From an uncultured Planctomycetaceae bacterium (GTDB taxonomy: Bacteria > Planctomycetota > Planctomycetia > Planctomycetales > Planctomycetaceae): a stretch of DNA of 64,000 bases. Numbering within the stretch: the first letter of the stretch is position 1; each line of letters opens with the position of its first letter. Where the stretch lies: the NCBI GenBank assembly GCA_963813715.1, contig CAWFAK010000015.1, positions 67,008 to 131,007 on the forward strand. Direction: 5' to 3'. This document shows positions 56,860 through 64,000 of the stretch, piece after piece. The position numbers and the translations under genes are program-made. The notes below the pieces were generated by a model. That model was not told the origin of the DNA. It made no database searches and saw nothing but the letters and a program-made list of their open reading frames with translations.

Positions 56860-58249
56860 CCTCATTCCGCTGTTTCGAGACGGCACCATCCCGCTCGCGC
56901 ACGGAGGTTTTACGGACCGCGGGTTCCGCATTGAGGATCATGCGAGTTTTGCCGCTCGGGTCGATTTTCAGTTTCTCTACTTCCTCGATCTGAAAGTCGA
57001 CGTTGTCCATCCGCTTCTCGGTCAGAATCTCCCGCAGTTGCTGGCGAATCGTGCGGCGGATGGACTGTTTTTCGTCGCGACTGCGCCCCTCGTCGAATCT
57101 TGCGCGAAAGACGAAGGTGGACGGGTCGACCAGCTGAATCTGCCAGGACTTGAGGCCTGGTATCCACAGCTCGGCGATCAGACTGGGATGGATGAAGTCC
57201 TCCACACCATCGCGGTTTCGAAAGACCGGTCTGTCCTCCGTCCGTCCAACCAAGTCGCGGATCTTGGTCAACGGATAGCGACCAGACGGATCGTCTGCGG
57301 GAACCAGCACGTCGTCCATCCGATAGCGGATCAAGGGCAGGGTGTCGTTGAAGAGATTGGTGACGCACGTGGAGTCGTCGCGTAATTCAAAGATCAGGTC
57401 ATCTTCGAGCAGATACATACCGTCTGAACCGGGCAGCGTCATGGCCATGAACAAGTGCTCGCTCGAGGCATACGCATTAATCACGGGGGCCTTGAAAGTC
57501 TGCTGCAGGACTTCCCGGCAGCGCGGCCGCAACGGCTCTGCTCCGCTGACGATCACCCGCGGTCGAATTTGCAGCGCCCCTTCGCGCTGAGCCTCCGCGA
57601 GCCCCTCGAGAATGCCCGCGTAGCCGGTGAGTCCTTGCGGCTGAAACTTGTTCAGCGCCGCCACGATCTGCTCCATCGGCTGGCTGACGTCGTACGTCCG
57701 GACGTTGAAGAACAGGCGGTTGAAGCCGGAGTTGCCCGTCACGAGGAGGCTCGCGCCGGCAAAATGGCCCTTGGCGGCGGCGACAAAGGCCACGCGCGTT
57801 CCCAGCCCCAAGGGGAGTACCCGCAACATCTGGCTGGAGCCGGTGATCCAGGCGGCTTGCGAATAAACAACGTGCCCCACGGTCCCGGATGTGCCCGAGC
57901 TGTGCAGCACGTGATAGCGGCCGTCCAGCAACTCGTTCGGGTCGTGCGAATGCGCCAGAAAATCCTCGATTCGCGCGAGCGAAAGAGAGGGGTCGGTCAG
58001 AATGCGGTCGAAGTTCTCAGCGACCATTTGCTTGGTAAGGACGGGAAAATCGGTGGGTCGGCAAGAGTCCAAATCGAGCCCCCGCGATTCGATGATCGCG
58101 CGGTAGAACGGCGACCGCTCGTACGCTAGCCGGACGAGTCGGCGGAATTTCGCGGACTGTTCGGCTACGAGCTGATCCCGCGAAAGACGCTGCACCCGCC
58201 GGCGTTCCCAAACGGCCTTCAACCACACGAACGGCTCGAGTGAAATCAT
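56780..58249 (-). CDS. Phenylacetate-CoA ligase-like adenylate-forming enzyme
   Basis: SSGTSG, YASSE, PLIRYRMDD, GR..D, SGK.R. Confidence 0.85.
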   Translation of the reverse strand: MISLEPFVWLKAVWERRRVQRLSRDQLVAEQSAKFRRLVRLAYERSPFYRAIIESRGLDLDSCRPTDFPVLTKQMVAENFDRILTDPSLSLARIEDFLAHSHDPNELLDGRYHVLHSSGTSGTVGHVVYSQAAWITGSSQMLRVLPLGLGTRVAFVAAAKGHFAGASLLVTGNSGFNRLFFNVRTYDVSQPMEQIVAALNKFQPQGLTGYAGILEGLAEAQREGALQIRPRVIVSGAEPLRPRCREVLQQTFKAPVINAYASSEHLFMAMTLPGSDGMYLLEDDLIFELRDDSTCVTNLFNDTLPLIRYRMDDVLVPADDPSGRYPLTKIRDLVGRTEDRPVFRNRDGVEDFIHPSLIAELWIPGLKSWQIQLVDPSTFVFRARFDEGRSRDEKQSIRRTIRQQLREILTEKRMDNVDFQIEEVEKLKIDPSGKTRMILNAEPAVRKTSVRERDGAVSKQRNEVSAWPPAIRHRRSRAGARGTTSKRSR

Positions 58250-58426
58250 CCACGCACACTCCCTGACCCCTCGGAGAGGCAATCCGCGTGCCAAGCGTGT
58301 GGCGGATTTTCTGTTCCGCAGCCGTCGAGTGGACTTTCAGGTCCTGGTTGGAACCGGGTCCGCGGTGCTCGGAGCAACCAAAAGGGGCCGGATGCCATCG
58401 AGACCAAGAAGGCCGTTCGACAGGCT

Positions 58427-59179
58427 TTACGCGATCGCATCCTGAGTCGATTGCGCCTTGCGAGCCTCACGCGCTAGCGACCGACTGTCCCCCCACCACA
58501 ACAGGGCGAACGTTGGAACGAGGGCGAGCGCGGCCCACTGATAGCCGGTCAAGTCGAGCCACAATCGCGGTTCGGGACGCAGGAACTCGGTGAAAAACCG
58601 AAAGACGAAATAAGCGATCAAGTAGAGCTTGAACAACTGGCCGCGAAACAGGCCTTTCCGCAACAACCACAGCAGCACAAATGCAGCGGACAGATGAAAC
58701 GCCGCTTCGTAGAGCTGTGTTGGATGGCGCGCGATGTGGTCGCCGAAGTCGACGCCCCAGGGCAAGCTCGTTGGCGTGCCGTAGCAGCAACCGGCCCGAA
58801 AACATCCCAGCCGTCCCACCGCGACTGCGAGCGGAACCGGGACCGCAAACGTGTCGCCCGTCTTGACCCGGATTTGAAGGATGGCTTTGGCGAGTTCGAC
58901 TCCGGCATAGCCCCCCACGAGGCCGAACATGATCGTCTTGCCGTCGGAAAACCAGGCGGCTCCCGAGCGCAGGCCCTCCCAGTCGCTGAGCACGAAGGGC
59001 AACTTGGAGCCGATCATTGCTCCACAGAACGCGCCGATCAGAATCCCCAACCGCTCCGACGGTGCAATCGCCAAGGGTTGTTGAAATCGCCGGGACAGGA
59101 AGAATCCAAGTGCCATCGCCCCGACGATCAGTGCGGCATACACCGGATCAAAATGGAGGAGGCTGAGATTCACGGCCAT
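58427..59179 (-). CDS. Prolipoprotein diacylglyceryl transferase family protein
   Basis: GRLGCF..GCCYG, RHPTQLYE, RFFTEFLR. Confidence 0.85.
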   Translation of the reverse strand: MAVNLSLLHFDPVYAALIVGAMALGFFLSRRFQQPLAIAPSERLGILIGAFCGAMIGSKLPFVLSDWEGLRSGAAWFSDGKTIMFGLVGGYAGVELAKAILQIRVKTGDTFAVPVPLAVAVGRLGCFRAGCCYGTPTSLPWGVDFGDHIARHPTQLYEAAFHLSAAFVLLWLLRKGLFRGQLFKLYLIAYFVFRFFTEFLRPEPRLWLDLTGYQWAALALVPTFALLWWGDSRSLAREARKAQSTQDAIA

Positions 59180-59189
59180 CGTCCGATTG

Positions 59190-60703
59190 TCATGTGACCG
59201 GCTGCGGAGCCAGCGAGGCGTGCTTTAGCGCATGCTTGAGCACGGGCAGCGGCACGTGGCCGTCGCGGTACAGAACGTTATACGCGCAAAATGGAATCAC
59301 ATGTCCGCTCGGCAAGACGTGGTGGATGCAGCACTTCATCAGCCGCCTCACATCGAAGTTATACGCATCCAGAAACGACGTAATCGTGATGCGAAACACA
59401 TCGGATTGTGACAGCGATTGAGCGAGTGCCCGGCCGAAAAAATCTTGGGCCGCGTTGGTGTAGTCAAGCTTCGCCCCGTTTCCCCCCGGCGGCGAAAGTG
59501 AAATGACCGGCAGCGGGAGCGGCCCGCTTGCGGTCATGCACGGCGCATCGCCGGGCACGCAGGCCCCGCCGGCGCAGCAACCAGCCGTGCCCAAATACTG
59601 TTCGATCAAATCGCGGGCCTTGGCCCGGTTGAACGTAATTCCGTTCGCCAACAGGTCGACATGGTTTCGGGCGTCGATGAATCGCGTCAGCGGGATCACG
59701 TCGTTGCCGGTCCGGTACGCGTACGCCAGGCTGTGGCAGTTCGGGTGCGCAAGGGGAGTGGCAGAAAGTCCGATTCCTGAAACAGCCCCGAAGTTTGGGC
59801 CGCGATCTTCTTGATCACGTCGGGGAACGTCACGCGCCGCTCCAATTCCTCCGGCAGCACGAAGCGGCCCGAATACGTTGCCGGCTGCAGGCTGAGCCCG
59901 GTGATCCAGGGCCGCGCGAGGCAAAAGCGGACGACGTCGCCCAATTCGTCGTCGTTCACACCGCCTTGCAGCGTCATCACAGGGATCGTCGCAATGCCGT
60001 GCTCGCCCAAAAGCTCGATCGCGCGGAGCTTTGTTTCGAGCAACGACTCGCCGCGCAATTTCAGCGACGTCGATTCGCGAAACCCGTCGAACTGGAGGTA
60101 CGCTTGAATGCGATGCTTGTAGCGGGCCAACTGGTGGATGAATTTGGAATCGCGGGCGATCCGCAGGCCGTTCGTGTTGATCATCACAATGTCGATCGGC
60201 CGGCTGCAGGCATAGTCGAGAATCTGGTCGAATTGCGGATGGATCGTCGGTTCGCCGCCGGAGAGCTGTAAGACGTCGGGTCGGCCCTCGACCTCGACAA
60301 GCCGATCGATCGCCTGCTTGACCTCCTCCAGCGGCAAGTGTTTACCGCGCGGGCCGCTCGCTGCGTAGCACATCGGGCACTCGAGATTGCACGAAGTCGT
60401 GACTTCCACGAGGCCGATGCACGTGTGCTGTTCGTGCTCCGTGCACAATCCGCAATCGAACGGGCAGCCGCGATTCGGCTCGACTCCGAAGCGGGTGGGG
60501 ACCTTCCCCGGGACGTTGAACTCCATCTGGTCGAACAGGCTGACGTCGGAGCAGACGAAGTCTTCGCGCACGCCGTGCGTGGGGCAGTGTTTGCGGAAAT
60601 AGACGCGGCCCTCTCGCGCGATGATTTTGGCCGGCGTCAGTCCCAGACACTCGGGGCACAGGCTTTGGGTCATCCCAAGAAAGGTGTGGTCACGAAGTTG
60701 CAT
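59190..60703 (-). CDS. Radical SAM protein (frameshift near 59750)
   Basis: [15 protein letters not shown]-terminal CPEC..CPTHG, C-terminal CCIH...IPFCAYN. Confidence 0.9.
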
Positions 60704-60747
60704 GCGTCACGCGTGAGTTGAAGGCTGTGTTCTGGGATTTGCCCGCA

Positions 60748-61323
60748 TTAATGCCGGACGACAATGCTCAAGAGCGCGAACGAACAAAACAGGAACAATG
60801 CAGAGAAGATCGCCAAGACGAGCAGGCAGAGAATCGCGAACGTTCTTGCGAGAACCGAAAGGACGCCATCGATGAGTTCTCCGACTCTTCCCAGGCTGTC
60901 GGAGTACCTCTGCCGGTCGAACGATACGTACATGGCCGTGACCGCCGGAGCCACGACCAGCACGTAGAGCACGGCCAACCCCGGCGCCCGCCTCCACAGT
61001 CCGATTCCAACAATTCCCAGGGCTGCGTTCAGCCCAATCAGCATGGCGATCCTCGTCGGCATGTCGTCGCTGAGGCCTTCGAATCTGGGCTTTTGCGGTT
61101 TGGGTGTCGGCGCGCGCGTCGCTACGAAAACCTTTTCTCGGCCGAGGTTCGCGAGAGGTCTGCTCGACGTCGTGGTGGGCGTGCTGACCGTCGACCGTGG
61201 CGCGTACGGGAGTGGCGCGTGCGGGAGCGGCGCGTGGCACATCCAGCAACGGACCGCGGTCGACCCGCTCCTCGCCCCACATTCCGGGCATTTCGGAAAG
61301 ACCCAATCGCCGGCTGCACTCAT
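60748..61323 (-). CDS. Zinc-ribbon membrane protein
   Basis: CPECGA...RCWMC.APL plus three TM helices. Confidence 0.7.
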   Translation of the reverse strand: MSAAGDWVFPKCPECGARSGSTAVRCWMCHAPLPHAPLPYAPRSTVSTPTTTSSRPLANLGREKVFVATRAPTPKPQKPRFEGLSDDMPTRIAMLIGLNAALGIVGIGLWRRAPGLAVLYVLVVAPAVTAMYVSFDRQRYSDSLGRVGELIDGVLSVLARTFAILCLLVLAIFSALFLFCSFALLSIVVRH

Positions 61324-61372
61324 AAACGGCCGTCGGAACTTGCCACACAGAGGGCTTGATGTTCGCCAACTC

Positions 61373-61885
61373 CTAAAGCCGGATCGCGTTGCTCGCCAGC
61401 AGCAAAAAACAAAACACGCCAACGGCGATCACGACTCCGAAAACGACCAGAAACAACACCCCGACCGTATTGAGGAACTTGGCGAACAGGAGGAGGAGAG
61501 TTTCCCCGAGTGAGTCGCCTTGGGTCCATTGATCGGGTTTCTTGCGAGCCAGTGAGATCGACATCGCGATCAGGGCCGGGATGACGACGACCAAATACAG
61601 AATGGCCAGGCCGGCTCCCTGCAGCGAGAGTCCGGCTCCGATTACGGCCAAGGCAACGATCAACAGGAGCATCGCCGACCGTCGCGTCGAGGCGCTGGTC
61701 CGAGCCGCCTCGAGATCCGATGGCGGGCGCTCGACGGCCGCTGCTGTCACTTCGAGAGACGCGCCGGGGGGTTTTTTGCCCCGCGATAGCGGTGCATCGC
61801 ACATCCAACAGCGATCCGCGGTCGGACCGCATTGCGCTCCACACTCCGCACACCTCTGGAAGATTCGTTCGTACGAAACGCTCAT
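61373..61885 (-). CDS. Zinc-ribbon membrane protein (tandem paralog)
   Basis: CAECGA...RCWMC.APL plus three TM helices. Confidence 0.75.
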   Translation of the reverse strand: MSVSYERIFQRCAECGAQCGPTADRCWMCDAPLSRGKKPPGASLEVTAAAVERPPSDLEAARTSASTRRSAMLLLIVALAVIGAGLSLQGAGLAILYLVVVIPALIAMSISLARKKPDQWTQGDSLGETLLLLFAKFLNTVGVLFLVVFGVVIAVGVFCFLLLASNAIRL

Positions 61886-62556
61886 GCCGAAGCGCCTGGT
61901 GCTTGCTCGCCACCTCCGGGAGAATTCTCCGACGAGTCGCGTCGATCTTCGACGCGGTCGGCAAATTCAAACGCCAATCGTCGCACGCGCCGAACGACCG
62001 CGCCTAACGTCACACCGGCAATCAAAATTGCCGCCAGGAAAATCATCTCGCTGTGCCGGGGCGCCGTCTTGTCTCGCGTGGCAAAGTGGTCCGCATAAAT
62101 CACCAGGGCCAGGTAACCGGCCAGGCACTCGATGGTCGCCAGCCAGACGAGCCGCAGGCTGAAGCGCAAGGCGGCGACCGCCAGGATCAGAAAGTATCCG
62201 ACGACCAAGGGACTCCGCGGGCCGTCGCACACGCCAATCATCAGGGTCAACAGCCAGACATCCACGGACGTCGTGATGAACTTCATCGCGCTGGGAAAGA
62301 CGTGCCGCGCGAGGGCCAATTGCACGGCGAGCGCCGTCAGGATCCAGGCAACAGCGAGGGCCGTCACCATCTCGTCGAACCGCGGGCTCGCCCCCTCGAT
62401 CCCGGGCAGCCCGAACCAGCGGTGATAATTCACCAGGTGAATCAGGTAGAAGGTGGCGATTCCGCCGATTCGCAGCAAATTGGCGCGCAGCTCTCCATCG
62501 TATTGCTGCCACCGACTAACGATGAACCATTGCCGGTCGACGATCGCGTCGTGCAT
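61882..62556 (-). CDS. Multi-pass membrane protein
   Basis: About six TM helices; GPRSPL and AALRFS motifs. Confidence 0.75.
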   Translation of the reverse strand: MHDAIVDRQWFIVSRWQQYDGELRANLLRIGGIATFYLIHLVNYHRWFGLPGIEGASPRFDEMVTALAVAWILTALAVQLALARHVFPSAMKFITTSVDVWLLTLMIGVCDGPRSPLVVGYFLILAVAALRFSLRLVWLATIECLAGYLALVIYADHFATRDKTAPRHSEMIFLAAILIAGVTLGAVVRRVRRLAFEFADRVEDRRDSSENSPGGGEQAPGASA

Positions 62557-62669
62557 CCGACTTTTCCCGCCGGAACCCAGAACGGAGCTGGTGTGCTCCG
62601 ATCATGGCGTGGCGGCGGGCCGAGTACAACGCAAATCTTTCGAAAACCGGGCCCGCAGGCCGCCGCAGT

Positions 62670-63678
62670 TCAGTGGACGAGCAGCGGCTGGATGCGGTCG
62701 CGAAAGACGGCCGAATCGGGCTTCGCGAAGAGTGCGTCGTATTCCTCGCTGTCGAGCGGGCCGGGCAGACGACAGAGCTCCAGCTCTTTCCGCCAGCGGC
62801 TGGCACGTACGTCGATCGTGTGCGACACAAAACCGAACCCGTCGAGTAGAGCGTGCAATTCTTCGCGCGAGTGGCCGGCCCGCCTGAGCTTCGCGTCGGC
62901 GATCTCCGTCACCACGATCACGTTGGGCCGTGCCAAGAGCGACTGGATGCCCCGCAGCACCTGCACCTCGTAGCCTTCGACGTCGATCTTGATCAGCGTC
63001 GGCTTCTGGGCGTCGAACGCGGCAACGTAGCGATCGGCCGGCTCCGTGCGGACTTCGACGCGCAGTCCCTTCGGCCTTTTCTGGAACAAAAGTTCCCAAC
63101 AGCATCTCGTCGGACGGCACGAAGAGCCATTGCACCGATTCGCAATCGGCGACGGCGCGCGGCACCAGCTCGAAGTTGGTGACGCCGTTCATCTCAAAAT
63201 GGTCTTTGAGCCGCGCGAAGGCCGTCGGATTGGGCTCGAAGGCCACGCCTTTGCCTGCGGCGCCGATGCGGCTGCGGGCCAAGAGCGACGTCAAGCCGAC
63301 GTTGGCGCCGACGTCGACGTACTGATCGCCGGCTTGGAGCAGCGTCTCGAGCACGCGGCAGATGTCGGGCTGGTAGTAGCGTCCGCTGAAATAAGCGCGG
63401 CGATCGGACCAGTTCTGCAAATTGAGCCGCATCAGCAAGCGATGCGTGCCGCGAACCGGCGGCTGCAATCCGCGGGGCCAACTGCGATCGACGGTATCTT
63501 CGGCCGAAAACCCACCGCCGCCGATTCGCCGATACAGTCCCTGCCAAAGGACGTCGGCCCGGCGAATGTCGGTCGGCAACCGTCGCATCAGCCCGCCCAA
63601 CAGCTTGAGCGGAAGGGGCAATTGCGTCGGCGCGGGTCCGGACTGCGAACCGTTCGATCCCGTGATCATCGTTGGCAT
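62670..63678 (-). CDS. FkbM-family methyltransferase (frameshift near 63070)
   Basis: DVGANVG, FEPNP, LIKIDVEGYE. Confidence 0.88.
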
Positions 63679-63912
63679 CTCTGAGTGCGCCCGTCTGGTT
63701 GTTCTGGCGCACCATGCCCGCGATTGGCCGCCACCTGGGCACCATAGCAACCGCTATTCGAGAAGCCAAGAAACGGCGGCCACAACCAGCCGGCCGATCC
63801 GAGCGAACCACCCGGGGACCGCCCGCCTCAGTCTAGGAAGACGAGTGATCTAGAGCCGTAGACGCTCATTCCCGCGACCGATAGCATCAGCCGGAAGATG
63901 CGCGATCACGCT

Positions 63913-63998
63913 GGCCGAGTGGCGGAATCGGCAGACGCACAGGACTTAAAATCCTGTGTCCCGATAGGGACGTGCGGGTTCGAGCCCCGCCTCGGCCA
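63913..63998 (+). tRNA. tRNA-Leu (anticodon UAA)
   Basis: Acceptor GGCCGAG/CTCGGCC, anticodon arm CAGGA-CTTAAAA-TCCTG, long variable arm, GGTTCGAG T-loop. Confidence 0.95.
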
Positions 63999-64000
63999 AT

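Noticed and set aside
63913..63998. tRNA-Leu as the attachment site for the accessory array
   Set aside because: I saw no duplicated tRNA fragment, and housekeeping genes separate it from the array.

Overview
This is a GC-rich bacterial chromosome segment, very likely Planctomycetota (DUF1549/DUF1553 cytochrome, DUF1501, DUF1559 prepilin-like and PSCyt1 genes). Housekeeping genes include nth, dnaG-rpoD, galE and tRNA-Leu(UAA). Many genes, including rpoD and galE, carry single-base frameshifts, which points to uncorrected long-read errors. The standout is a ~16 kb accessory array (33457-49412) of head-to-tail IS1-family elements with ends GGTAGTG...CACTACC, repeatedly abutting a 9-bp CGCCCCGCA target. 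Three elements keep a DDE transposase, a divergent ribbon-helix-helix gene and a conserved structured motif; the others have lost the transposase. The elements carry about 18 small, same-strand, mostly membrane-protein genes. Each begins in a fixed motif ((TAGAA)TGACGGCATG, often encoding MSDEP) and many end against a second fixed motif (AACTCCCGTGCCAATCGC). This resembles an integron cassette array without an integrase. A second small lower-GC islet (ParA-like plus hypothetical) is flanked by a 195-bp duplication of the 3' end of the DUF1501 gene. All family calls come from motif reading by eye, not database searches.
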